Assembly: GCA_017463565.1 (NCBI GenBank)
Contig: JAFTOZ010000064.1
Coordinates: forward strand, 1-41,316
Reading direction: 5' to 3'
Source: Clostridia bacterium
GTDB lineage: Bacteria > Bacillota > Clostridia > Christensenellales > CAG-1252
Length of the DNA: 41,316 bases
Both the position numbers and the translations under genes were made by a program. Below the pieces are notes generated by a model, which ran no database searches, was not told where the DNA came from, and worked only from the letters and a program-made list of their open reading frames with translations. Position 1 is the stretch's first letter, and every line of letters starts with the position of its first letter. Below are positions 26,651-36,167 of the stretch, piece after piece.

Positions 26651-27100
26651 ATGAGCTTCGTTTTAGCAGTTTCAACAGGTGTAGCCGGCGGCTTTGGCGC
26701 TTTCGTTTTGGTGATGTCGCTCATCGGTTTTTTGCTTATTCGCGCGGATAAAATGCGTTGGTTGAAGCACAAGGAACGCACCGACGTTTTGATGCGGATC
26801 CCACCCAAAGAAGGGGAGAAGATTTCCAAGAAGAGAAAGAAGACGCGTATAGCCGTTACCGACGGTGACTATGCGTACGAAGGGCGTATCAACGATAAGA
26901 TACTGCTGTTGATTGCCTTTCTGTTTGGTGGCATAGGAGAGTTGTTGGCCATGGCGATTTATCGCCACAAATGGTACAAATGGTCTTTCCGCACCGGTAT
27001 GCCGCTGATTGCCGTGCTGAATTTGGTATTGGCAGGGCTGATTATTGCTTTGATCGCCGCACCGGGCGGGCGTATCGATTTGATTGGAGTACCGAGGTAG
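26651..27100 (+). CDS. DUF1294-like membrane protein
   Basis: DK..., RI.DK.LLLIAFLFGGIG..LAM.IYRHK..K.SF pattern. Start taken behind AAGGAG. Confidence 0.75.
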   Translation: MSFVLAVSTGVAGGFGAFVLVMSLIGFLLIRADKMRWLKHKERTDVLMRIPPKEGEKISKKRKKTRIAVTDGDYAYEGRINDKILLLIAFLFGGIGELLAMAIYRHKWYKWSFRTGMPLIAVLNLVLAGLIIALIAAPGGRIDLIGVPR

Positions 27101-27106
27101 TTATTT

Positions 27107-27949
27107 ATGGAAAAACCGATCGTAGCCATTTTGTATGATTTTGATAAGACTCTCTGCACGCGTGATATGCAGGAGTACACGTTCATTCCCTCCGTGGGTA
27201 TGGAGCCGCACGAGTTTTGGGCGGAGTCGGACAAACTCGCCAAGACGGAGCAGATGGACACCATTTTGTCCTATATGTACTGTATGCTACACTTTTCCAA
27301 TTTGTGTGGCAAGCCCATTCATCGCGAAAGTTTGTATGCCTGTGGCGAACACGTGGAGTATCATCCCGGCGTAGAGGGCTGGTTTGAGCGTATCAACGCG
27401 TACGGCGACAAGGTGGGCGTGCAGGTGGAGCACTATGTGCTGTCTTCCGGCTTGAAGGAGATTATCGAGGGCACCTCGATTGCTCGCTATTTCACCAAGA
27501 TTTTTGCCTGTGAGTTTATGTACGTAGACGGCGTGGCCGCTTGGCCCAAAATGGCGGTGAACTATACGGGCAAAACGCAATTCGTATACCGTATTAACAA
27601 GGGTGTTTTGGATATCAGCAACAACGCAGACGTCAACAATTCCAAGCCCGAAGAGGAGCGCCGTGTGTTCTTCCCCAATATGATCTATATCGGTGACGGA
27701 CTGACGGACGTGCCTTGTATGAAGCTCGTTAAGCAATCGGGAGGCCATTCGATTGCCCTCTATCAACACAGCTCGTTGGAGGTTGCTAGACCTCTGTTGA
27801 AGCACTCCCGTGTGGATTGGATGTTTGAGGCAGACTATACCGAGGGCAGTGAATTGGATGTTGCTATGCACCTCATTCTCGACAAACTCGCAAACGACAA
27901 CCGCTTGCGCTCTCTCAACCGTACGCAGAAAGAGAGCCTGGGCGAATAA
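27107..27949 (+). CDS. HAD-superfamily hydrolase
   Basis: YDFDKTL (motif I), LSSG and YIGDGLTDVPCM (motif IV). Confidence 0.9.
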   Translation: MEKPIVAILYDFDKTLCTRDMQEYTFIPSVGMEPHEFWAESDKLAKTEQMDTILSYMYCMLHFSNLCGKPIHRESLYACGEHVEYHPGVEGWFERINAYGDKVGVQVEHYVLSSGLKEIIEGTSIARYFTKIFACEFMYVDGVAAWPKMAVNYTGKTQFVYRINKGVLDISNNADVNNSKPEEERRVFFPNMIYIGDGLTDVPCMKLVKQSGGHSIALYQHSSLEVARPLLKHSRVDWMFEADYTEGSELDVAMHLILDKLANDNRLRSLNRTQKESLGE

Positions 27950-27970
27950 TAGAATAGAAAAGGAGAAACC

Positions 27971-29458
27971 ATGGATCAAACACGCAACTTTGGCTTTGAA
28001 CACAAAAGTGGCATTCTCATGCCAGTCAGCGCTCTTGCAGGCCCCTACGGTATTGGTACCTTTGGCCGTCCCTGCCGTCGATTCATCGACTTTCTGGCTA
28101 AGGCGAAGCAAACCTGTTGGCAGGTGTTGCCCCTCAACCCGACCGCATACGGCGATAGCCCCTATCAGTCTCCTGCCTCTTTTGCAGGAAACCTGTATTT
28201 TATCGACGTAGAAGCGTTGGCAGAGCAGGGTCTTCTGACGAAAGAGGAGTTGGCATCCTGCCGTCATCCCTTGGGCCGTATCGACTACGGCTGGCTGTTT
28301 AATACGCGCGCCGATGTGCTGCGCCGTGCCTATGCACGTTTCCGTCCAAACGCGTCCTACTACTACTTCCTGCGCACCAACGCCGATTGGTTGGAGGATT
28401 ACGCGCTGTTTATGGCACTCAAGGTCAAGCACGGCTACCGTCCCTGGAGCGAGTGGCCCCACGAGGAGCGCACCTATTCTTCCGCGGTGCTTGCCAAAGC
28501 AGACCACCGTCAAGAGATGGGTTTCTGGCGCTTTGTGCAATATCTGTTCCATATCCAATGGAGAGACGTGCGCCGCTATGCTCGCAAGAAGAAGATCAAA
28601 ATCATCGGTGATATGCCCATCTACGTTGCATACGATAGCGTAGAGGTATGGAGCCATCCTGAGCTGTTCCTGTTGGACGGAGATCTGAAGCCCACCGTGG
28701 TAGCAGGTTGTCCTCCCGATGGATTCTCTCCCGACGGACAGTTGTGGGGCAACCCCATCTATCATTGGGAGCGTATGAAGCAAAACGGCTTTGATTGGTG
28801 GGTGGCACGTATCCGCCGTTCTTTGGCGCTGTATGACATTTTGCGTATCGACCACTTCCGCGGTTTTGCAGGTTACTACGTGATCCCCTTTGGCGACAGT
28901 ACCGCTCGCGGCGGTCATTGGGTATCGGGTGTGGGCAAAGAGTTGTTTGCCCGTATCAAAGAGGCCCTGCCGAATGCCAAGATTATCGCTGAGGATTTGG
29001 GATTTATCACCCCCGACGTGCGTGAACTGTTGGACTTCACCGGCTTCCCCGGTATGAAGATTTTGCAGTTTGCTTTCTACGATGAGAACGCAGAGTATCT
29101 GCCCCGTTGCTATCCGCACGGCAACTGCGTGGTCTATACCGGCTCGCACGATGCAGATTGTACCGCCACTTGGTGTGAGCAACTGTCGGGTGATACCAAG
29201 GCTCGCTTTGAGCGTGAATGTCCCCGTCAAAAGGGCATGAGCGCCGTTTGGAGTTTGATTGATTTGGCAATGGGTTCCAAGGCAAACTTGGCTGTGATTC
29301 CTTTGCAGGACTATCTGGAGCTTCCCAACGAGCGTGCACGTATGAACACTCCCTCTACCGCAGAGGGCAACTGGACGTGGCGTGCTTGCTATCGCTCCAC
29401 CACCAAGGCTTTGGCAGAGCGCATTGCAGCACTCACCAAAAAGAACGGCCGTCACTAA
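27971..29458 (+). CDS. malQ: 4-alpha-glucanotransferase (amylomaltase, GH77)
   Basis: WQVLPLNP, SPYQS.ASFAGN, GDMPIYV, GQLWGNP, RIDHFRGF, AEDLG and RMNTPS motifs. Confidence 0.97.
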   Translation: MDQTRNFGFEHKSGILMPVSALAGPYGIGTFGRPCRRFIDFLAKAKQTCWQVLPLNPTAYGDSPYQSPASFAGNLYFIDVEALAEQGLLTKEELASCRHPLGRIDYGWLFNTRADVLRRAYARFRPNASYYYFLRTNADWLEDYALFMALKVKHGYRPWSEWPHEERTYSSAVLAKADHRQEMGFWRFVQYLFHIQWRDVRRYARKKKIKIIGDMPIYVAYDSVEVWSHPELFLLDGDLKPTVVAGCPPDGFSPDGQLWGNPIYHWERMKQNGFDWWVARIRRSLALYDILRIDHFRGFAGYYVIPFGDSTARGGHWVSGVGKELFARIKEALPNAKIIAEDLGFITPDVRELLDFTGFPGMKILQFAFYDENAEYLPRCYPHGNCVVYTGSHDADCTATWCEQLSGDTKARFERECPRQKGMSAVWSLIDLAMGSKANLAVIPLQDYLELPNERARMNTPSTAEGNWTWRACYRSTTKALAERIAALTKKNGRH

Positions 29459-29460
29459 GA

Positions 29461-29527
29461 AAAAGCACCCCATAGGGGTGCCGAGGATAAACGGTTATGT
29501 ATCAGGGCAACTTCGGTTGCCCTTTTT
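29461..29527. terminator. Pair of intrinsic terminators between convergent genes
   Basis: AAAAGCACCCC-ata-GGGGTGC (minus-facing) and AGGGCAAC-ttcg-GTTGCCCTTTTT (plus-facing). Confidence 0.75.
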
Positions 29528-30160
29528 CTATGCCAGGCGGACTGCCGTAATATAGGCGTTGTCAAATTCCATTGCCTCTGCGCTGTCGTTGGCAAGCGTC
29601 AAGTAGGTGCCGGTCGAGTTGTAGACGATGGTCTTGGCAACGTTGCCGTAGGCGGTGGCAGAAACGGTATCGCGCACGGTTTCCCCCGTTAGGGTAGCAC
29701 CGCCTGCTTGCAGACTAACCGCCAAAGGTACTTCGGCAGTAGTCGTAGCCTCTGCGGTAAGAGCAGTTGCGCCGTAGCCCACCAAATAGGTGCCGGCAGG
29801 CAGATAGACACCGTTGTTCATGCCCGTGATGGTTGTGGTAGGGGTGGTCGTGGCTATGGCCAACGGAATCACCGTAGAGCCTGCCACCGTGATGGCACCG
29901 CTCGTAGCATACGCCGCTATTCCCATACCCATCGGCCCCTGGGGGCCGGCAGGACCTGCAGGTCCTTGTGGACCGGGCACTTGTACGACCACACGTGGAG
30001 TAGGGGTGTAGCAGGTGTGTTGCTCGCAACAGTTACCACCGTATCTCGGTTGGGTGTTGTACGTGCCACACCAACCGCCGCCGTACCTGGGTTGGGTATT
30101 ACAACCGCCGTAGGGTTGTGCGTCGCACCAGCCGTGATGATGATTCAAAAAGATACACAT
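29528..30160 (-). CDS. Collagen-like (BclA-like) spore surface protein with Cys/Gly/Tyr-rich N-terminus
   Basis: GPQGPAGPAGPQGPMG segment and a C1q/TNF-like C-terminal pattern (LPAGTYLVGY...LTLAN...NAYITAVRL). RBS GAGGAGG. Confidence 0.7.
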   Translation of the reverse strand: MCIFLNHHHGWCDAQPYGGCNTQPRYGGGWCGTYNTQPRYGGNCCEQHTCYTPTPRVVVQVPGPQGPAGPAGPQGPMGMGIAAYATSGAITVAGSTVIPLAIATTTPTTTITGMNNGVYLPAGTYLVGYGATALTAEATTTAEVPLAVSLQAGGATLTGETVRDTVSATAYGNVAKTIVYNSTGTYLTLANDSAEAMEFDNAYITAVRLA

Positions 30161-30251
30161 AATTCCTCCTCTGTTCAAACAGGACGTTTCTCGTGCAATC
30201 TGGCACTTTATCTGGGGTAGCTATGGAAAAGAGAGCGCCCTGTTCTGCTAT

Positions 30252-30279
30252 AGCGTATGCAAAGGACGCCAAATGGGTG
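30252..30279 (-). promoter_or_regulatory. Sigma-K-like mother-cell promoter
   Basis: Minus strand CACC-N16-CATACGCT upstream of the collagen-like gene. Confidence 0.5.
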
Positions 30280-30343
30280 TACGAGGAACACGCCGTTTCT
30301 ATAAAAATCCCCTCCAACAATTACCGAAAATTTGCAAAACCCC

Positions 30344-30372
30344 TCGACAGAGGGGTTCTGGTTGTGTATAAT
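30344..30372 (+). promoter_or_regulatory. Sigma-A promoter of the LCAT-like gene
   Basis: TCGACA-N17-TATAAT. Confidence 0.55.
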
Positions 30373-30407
30373 TAAATAAGCGGTGATTCACACCCAAGGA
30401 GCGAAGC

Positions 30408-31898
30408 ATGAAAAAGTTGGTTTGGATTTTGGTGATCGTATTGGCAATCAGTATGTTGCTTCCGACGCTGGCAGCCTGCACGCCCGAGGAGGAAATCCCT
30501 TCCAAGAAGGCAATCGTATGGGTGACTGCGCTCTTGGCAGGTGGCTTGGTGGACAGTCAGGACGGCTCTGCCGCTTGGGACCCCATCAATTCGGAGAATC
30601 TCTCTATGGCCAACTTTATGGGTAAGGAGATTGAAGACTTGATCCCCGAGCTGTTGGGTGGAGATTTGCTGGCGGAGTTGGATATTTCTGCGTTGCTTGG
30701 CCCCGTGTTGGATGGTGTGGAGGACGATAGCAATTTCCTGTGGCGTTTGACGTTGGACGAAAACCGCGTTGCCAACGATCCGGACGTGGTGGTAGCTACC
30801 GACCCGAGCATTGGCCTGTACTACGGTGTGTTGCGTGCGTACGAATCGCAGATCAAGGGTCTGCAAGCCGTCTATGGTGATGAGTACGAAGTCAAAGTCT
30901 ACGCCTACGATTGGCGTTATGATAACCACCTTGCTGCAGAGGGGTTGGAGAAATTTATGCAGGAAAACAACTACCGTGATTCGGTGATTTTGGCGCACAG
31001 TATGGGCGGTGCCGTGGTTGCGGAGTATCTTGCTCGCAGCCAAGACAACCGTGACCGTGTGGCGGCATACGTGTCAATGGGCGGCACGCTGGCAGGTTCC
31101 TTCGATACCTGGCATATGATGGAGAATCCTGCAACCTACGTGACCGATCTATTGGAAAACAACGGTATGAGCAGTATCTTGGGTCTGTTGGATCTGTTGA
31201 ATCTGCGCGACAAGGTGCAGGGTGTGTTGCGCCAAGTGCAAGACTTCGTTGTGAGCACCGATACCTTTATCCAACTGTTGCCTACCTGGGAACTGTTGCA
31301 GAGCGCGCACTATTCTGCCGACAATCCTGCTGTCACCGTGGACGGTGTGGCGATCACTTCGGAGGAGCAGTTGCTTGATCTGTACGCTTCCCGTCCGTGG
31401 GCTTGGCAAAAGGACGCAGACGGCAACTACGTCTATAACGAGGACGGCTCGCACAAGCTGCGCTACGCAATGGAGGGCCTGCGTGAGTATCAAGATAGCC
31501 TCTACGTGACCCTGCCCTCGGGTGAGCGTGTCATTTCCACTTCTTTGGTGAACACCTACTACGTGACCGGTGCGGAAGTGGCAACCCACTGCGGCGTGGA
31601 TATTACGCACGACGAGGAGGGCAACGAGAGCATTACTTTCCGCTATTCCTACGAGGGAGATATGCAGGTGCTGTTGCACAGTTTGATTGAGAATCAAGAC
31701 CCCGATGCGCTTCTGGAGAACGGCCATTTGGTGGTGATGCACGGTGCTAACCACTATTCCGTCGGTTGCGATTGGAACTTGATCAAGGAAGAACTGATTC
31801 GCCTGATCGATACCGTGGCAGAAACGGACGGCGCTGCACGTGCCGCCGAGTTGGAGGCGGAGCAACAAGTACCAGGCGAGGAAGAGCCTATAGAATAG
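30408..31898 (+). CDS. Lipoprotein alpha/beta hydrolase, LCAT/phospholipase-acyltransferase-like
   Basis: Lipobox LAAC. YAYDWR, LAHSMGG, QLLP, GDMQV and ANH motifs. Confidence 0.8.
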   Translation: MKKLVWILVIVLAISMLLPTLAACTPEEEIPSKKAIVWVTALLAGGLVDSQDGSAAWDPINSENLSMANFMGKEIEDLIPELLGGDLLAELDISALLGPVLDGVEDDSNFLWRLTLDENRVANDPDVVVATDPSIGLYYGVLRAYESQIKGLQAVYGDEYEVKVYAYDWRYDNHLAAEGLEKFMQENNYRDSVILAHSMGGAVVAEYLARSQDNRDRVAAYVSMGGTLAGSFDTWHMMENPATYVTDLLENNGMSSILGLLDLLNLRDKVQGVLRQVQDFVVSTDTFIQLLPTWELLQSAHYSADNPAVTVDGVAITSEEQLLDLYASRPWAWQKDADGNYVYNEDGSHKLRYAMEGLREYQDSLYVTLPSGERVISTSLVNTYYVTGAEVATHCGVDITHDEEGNESITFRYSYEGDMQVLLHSLIENQDPDALLENGHLVVMHGANHYSVGCDWNLIKEELIRLIDTVAETDGAARAAELEAEQQVPGEEEPIE

Positions 31899-31926
31899 GC
31901 TAACAAGCGCAAGGAAGCAAAAACGA

Positions 31927-31956
31927 TTGCAATGCGTTGGATTCTTGCGCTATAAT
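31927..31956 (+). promoter_or_regulatory. Sigma-A promoter of aspS
   Basis: TTGCAA-N18-TATAAT. Confidence 0.6.
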
Positions 31957-32000
31957 ACCATTCAGACAACAATTTGTGGCAAAGCCACGAGGGAGACATT

Positions 32001-33290
32001 ATGAACATTAGCAAAATTAACGCCCTAAAAGTAGGCGAGATCAACAAAGTGCAAGGTTTTGTTGAGAACATTCGCGACAAGAAATCCATGGCCTTTTTGG
32101 TCGTGAAAGACATCACCGGCAAACTGCAACTGACCATTGAAAAGGAAAAGTTTCCGCAGCTTGGCGAAAAGGTCAAGGAATTGACCATTCACTCGGTCAT
32201 CACCGTAGAAGGACCCGTAGTAGAGAATAGCTACGTGCGCTTGGGTGGCATCGAAATGTTGCCCGAGAGTTTGGTCATCGAGTCGGTGGCTGCCCCCCTG
32301 CCCATCGAGGAAAAGAGCAGTATCGACCTGCGTTTGGATCACCGTTGGATTGATTTGCGCAGCGAGCGCAACACGTTGATCTTCAAGGTGCAAACCCTGA
32401 TTGCCGCCAAATTCCGTGAGTTTTTGGTGGAACGCCGTTTCGTAGAGATTCACACCCCCAAGTTGATTGGTGCGGCATCCGAGTCGGGCGCAGACGTGTT
32501 TGAGCTGACCTATTTTGACCGCAAGGCGTACTTGGCGCAATCTCCTCAGTTCTACAAGCAGATGGCAATGGCAGCAGGCTTTGAGCGTATTTTCGAGTGC
32601 GGTCCCGTGTTCCGTGCAGAAAAGAGCAACACCAACAAGCACGCCACCGAGTTCACCGGCTTTGACCTTGAATTCTCCGGTATCGAGAGTTTTGAGGACG
32701 TCATGAAGATGGAGGAGGAGATGATTGCTTACGTCATGCCCTTTGTCAAGGAGCAATACGGCGAGCAAATCAAGGCCCTGTTTGGAGAGGAAGTCGTAGT
32801 GCCCACTCTGCCTTTCCCCCGTGTGAAATTGGCAGACTTGTATCAAGACTTGCAGACCATGTACGGTTTGGATCCTGCTTTGTGCGAAAAGGGCGACCTT
32901 TGCACCGAGGGTGAGCGTTTGTGCCGCCGCTATGCAATGGACAAGTTCGGCCACGAGTTCCTGTTCGTCACCGACTTCAGCGCCGAGAAGCGTGCTTTCT
33001 ACCATATGCGCAACGAAGAGGGCGTGCCCCAGGGCTACGACCTGATCTGGAAAGGTTGCGAAATCACCACGGGCGCACAGCGTGAGCACCGCTTGGACGT
33101 GTTGCGCGCACAAGCCGAGGAAAAGGGCTTGGACCAAGACGTCAAGTTCTACTTGGAGTTCTTCCGCTACGGTTGTCCTCCCCACGGTGGCTTTGGCATT
33201 GGTTTGGACCGTCTGACGATGATCCTGCTCAATATCCCCATCAAAGAGGTTATGTTCCTCTTCCGCGGACCCGACCGTTTGACCCCGTAA
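32001..33290 (+). CDS. aspS: Aspartate--tRNA ligase, short archaeal/eukaryote-like type (possibly Asp/Asn non-discriminating)
   Basis: YLAQSPQFYKQM, FRAE, EITTGAQREH and PPHGGFGIGLDR motifs. About 430 aa, with no room for the bacterial GAD insert. Confidence 0.93.
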   Translation: MNISKINALKVGEINKVQGFVENIRDKKSMAFLVVKDITGKLQLTIEKEKFPQLGEKVKELTIHSVITVEGPVVENSYVRLGGIEMLPESLVIESVAAPLPIEEKSSIDLRLDHRWIDLRSERNTLIFKVQTLIAAKFREFLVERRFVEIHTPKLIGAASESGADVFELTYFDRKAYLAQSPQFYKQMAMAAGFERIFECGPVFRAEKSNTNKHATEFTGFDLEFSGIESFEDVMKMEEEMIAYVMPFVKEQYGEQIKALFGEEVVVPTLPFPRVKLADLYQDLQTMYGLDPALCEKGDLCTEGERLCRRYAMDKFGHEFLFVTDFSAEKRAFYHMRNEEGVPQGYDLIWKGCEITTGAQREHRLDVLRAQAEEKGLDQDVKFYLEFFRYGCPPHGGFGIGLDRLTMILLNIPIKEVMFLFRGPDRLTP

Positions 33291-33343
33291 GCAACAAAAG
33301 GCAAACAAAGAAATCAATAGGAAAAGGGCAATATGCCCAATAA

Positions 33344-33562
33344 ATGGAGAATATTATGGTTACTATCACCCCCGACATGATGATTTTGGACGTCGTCGTT
33401 CAAGGCAACGCCGAAGCAGTTGAGCAAGTGCTCACCGACATTGGCATGCATTGCTTGCACTGTGCTTTTGCACATGGCGAAACGGTCGAAGAAGCTGCCC
33501 TCGTGCACGGTATCGACGTCAACGAGCTGGTGAAGCGTCTCAACGAGGCCGCCAACAGCTAA
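33344..33562 (+). CDS. DUF1858 (HCP-associated redox disulfide) domain protein
   Basis: ITPDMMI...GMHCLHC...ETVEEAALVHGID pattern. Confidence 0.85.
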   Translation: MENIMVTITPDMMILDVVVQGNAEAVEQVLTDIGMHCLHCAFAHGETVEEAALVHGIDVNELVKRLNEAANS

Positions 33563-33563
33563 T

Positions 33564-36104
33564 ATGAAAAAAGGTCGGTCAATTGCAACCCTTTTGAGCG
33601 TGCTGATTCTTGTGATCAGCACTCTTTGCTTGCCCTTTGACTTGGCCTATGCAGAAACAGAGTCTATCCCTGTACCGGAAGACCCTGCTACGGAAACGGT
33701 TGTCACCAACGACTACGTAGAGTGGGGCACCCTCTATGCACTTGCTACCGACCAAGAGTTGGGCGTAGTGGTAGAGGGATCCGCAGGGTGGCAGTTGCAC
33801 ACCTTTGGTGCCTACCAATCGGTATTGACCTTGCCCGACTATATCACCAACCCTGCCGAGTTGAGCCTGGCTCTTCGCCGTGGCGAGCGTGACGTACTGT
33901 TGCTTTGGCACGCCGAGGGTTTATGGGCGGTGGACTTGCTGTCGCAGGAGTGGCTTTCGGTACGGTTGCCACAGGCGCTGGACCTTGGCTTGTCCGTCCA
34001 TGCGCTGACCTGCCTGGGGTTGCACCCCACCCAAGACGTTTTGTACGCAGGCTACGGCAACGGCTACCTTGTTTGGGCACCTCTTGCCGATACCGTTGGT
34101 GAGGGCGAGCCTCTGGCTGTGGAATATTTCCGCGATAGGGCCGCTACCATCATTGCGGATGGCAACTTTGGTTTCGACAGGTTTGTGGTGGGAGAGGAGT
34201 GTGTGTATTTCCACAACGATACCCTCGACAAATCCTTTACCTATGATATTGAGACCGCCTACGTTTCTCCCTCTTTTGACGAACAGGCAGAGATGTTTTT
34301 GCCATTTGCAGAAGGTGTGTTGTTGCGAGAAGGCGCCGTTTGGTCTACGGAAAACGCAGACGAGGCGGTGATTTCCGTTGGCGCAGAGCAGGACGCAGAA
34401 TTGGCTGCTTGCGGCGCTCTTGCTATGCATACCGGCGGCATCCCCTTGCTCTTTGCGGTGGACAACGGACAAGCGGCCATCAAGGTGTACGATACCGACT
34501 ATCAGTTGGTGCAAATGTTTGGTAGCCGTGGCAACTCGCTCGGTAGGTTGTCTTCTCCCACCGCCCTTTCGGTGGGGCAGGTCGTTGCCGTCAACGACAA
34601 AGGCAATCAGCGAGTCAGTATCTACGACCCTGCCGCTAAGAAATATTACCTTCTCGACTACGTGGCGGACGAGTTGGCCGTTTCGGGCAATCACGTCTAC
34701 GTAGCGGTGGGTGGCCTGGTGCACCAATACCGTATCGCCCAAGGGCAAGTACAGTTGATTTGCACCTTTGATTTGGCGGTGGTAGAACACGTAGACGCGT
34801 TGGTTGCCGTGTGCGACGAGGCGTATGCGCTGGCAGAGGGCAAATTGTACTGTTTGCACCGCCAGAGCGGTATCGACCGTCCGCAAGTCAGCGAACAGGT
34901 TTGGGAGAGCGAGGACGGCAATCCCTTTTTGAATGCGGTAGACCTGGTGGCAGGCCGTCACGCAGACGTGCTCTATTTGGTCACCAAAGACGGGCAAGAG
35001 ACCTACGTTACCCCCTACAAGGAGGGTATTTCGGTGGGAGTCAGCGAGCAGATTTCCTCTGCTTACTCGCATATCGAGGCCGACTATTGCGGCAATTTGT
35101 ACGTGCTGTCTGCCCAAGACGGCAAACTTTATACCCACGTGCGCAACCTCAACGGTTACCAAGTGGTAGAGGAAGAGGTGGATTTGATTGGACTGTCTTT
35201 CAATACTGCCGACGGTGCGGTGTACGGTTTGCGCGCGCACGCCCTGCTCAAACTTCCCCTTACGGTAGCCACCGAGCAAAATAGCCAGTACGACCATCCC
35301 GCTATGGACGAGTGGCGTAAACCCTATCAAAGTATTCTCACCACGCAAGCCGTGTGGGGATATGCTGCCTGTGACAACTACGAGTCTTTGGTTCGTGTGG
35401 AGGAGGGCAAGCTGGGATTGTTGCTCGCCGAGCATACCTATATGGGCAACGACTACTATTACGTGGAGATTGAAATCCACCCGGGCGAAAGAGCGGTGCG
35501 TATCTATCTGCCCAAGGATCAAACGCAACTGATGCCCTCTTCTACGCCCACAGCGGAGCAATGGGTGCGCTACAACGGCGCAGACGCCGTCACGGGAATC
35601 TATCCCTATCCCTCGTACGAGGCAACCGCTACGCACAATATCACCACCGACCGTGCCTTGTTCAAGATTATCCGTATCGTGGGTGTCTACGAGGGGCAGA
35701 TGGTCTGGCCGTGGTACGAGATTGAGTACGAAGGGGAGCGCGGATTTGTTTGTGCGGATCACTACGTTACCGCCGAGATTCAGCATCCTACCGTAGAGCG
35801 TTTCTATGCTCGTGTCGTTGCCAACCGCTTGGGTGAGACGATCCCTGTGTACGTCGCTCCCTCGACCGAGGCAGAGGTGTTCACTACCTTGGTGGACGGT
35901 ACGGAGATTGAGTTGGTTTCTCCCTACGACGAGGATAGCGAGTGGACGGTGATTCGCTTGGATGACGTGGAGTATTACGTACTGACCGCCAACGTGACCC
36001 AAAGCGCACTCACCAACGGACAAACATTTGCCATTATCTTGGCAGGTGTGGTATTGCTTGCGGCTATCGTTACTTTCTTGATGTATAAACTGGTCAAACG
36101 CTAA
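33564..36104 (+). CDS. Membrane-anchored surface protein: beta-propeller (NHL-like) plus SH3-like domains
   Basis: Signal peptide (AYA). FGSRGNSLGRLSSP...VNDKGNQRV NHL-like repeat. WYEIEYEGERGFV and WTVIRL..YYV SH3b-like strands. C-terminal TM helix followed by KLVKR. Confidence 0.75.
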   Translation: MKKGRSIATLLSVLILVISTLCLPFDLAYAETESIPVPEDPATETVVTNDYVEWGTLYALATDQELGVVVEGSAGWQLHTFGAYQSVLTLPDYITNPAELSLALRRGERDVLLLWHAEGLWAVDLLSQEWLSVRLPQALDLGLSVHALTCLGLHPTQDVLYAGYGNGYLVWAPLADTVGEGEPLAVEYFRDRAATIIADGNFGFDRFVVGEECVYFHNDTLDKSFTYDIETAYVSPSFDEQAEMFLPFAEGVLLREGAVWSTENADEAVISVGAEQDAELAACGALAMHTGGIPLLFAVDNGQAAIKVYDTDYQLVQMFGSRGNSLGRLSSPTALSVGQVVAVNDKGNQRVSIYDPAAKKYYLLDYVADELAVSGNHVYVAVGGLVHQYRIAQGQVQLICTFDLAVVEHVDALVAVCDEAYALAEGKLYCLHRQSGIDRPQVSEQVWESEDGNPFLNAVDLVAGRHADVLYLVTKDGQETYVTPYKEGISVGVSEQISSAYSHIEADYCGNLYVLSAQDGKLYTHVRNLNGYQVVEEEVDLIGLSFNTADGAVYGLRAHALLKLPLTVATEQNSQYDHPAMDEWRKPYQSILTTQAVWGYAACDNYESLVRVEEGKLGLLLAEHTYMGNDYYYVEIEIHPGERAVRIYLPKDQTQLMPSSTPTAEQWVRYNGADAVTGIYPYPSYEATATHNITTDRALFKIIRIVGVYEGQMVWPWYEIEYEGERGFVCADHYVTAEIQHPTVERFYARVVANRLGETIPVYVAPSTEAEVFTTLVDGTEIELVSPYDEDSEWTVIRLDDVEYYVLTANVTQSALTNGQTFAIILAGVVLLAAIVTFLMYKLVKR

Positions 36105-36117
36105 ACCGTTTGCCATA

Positions 36118-36158
36118 TAAAAAGGAGATTCCGCCGAATGGTTAGGAATCTCCTTTTT
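36118..36158. terminator. Bidirectional intrinsic terminator
   Basis: AAAAAGGAGATTCC...GGAATCTCCTTTTT. Confidence 0.8.
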
Positions 36159-36167
36159 GTTTGCCTT

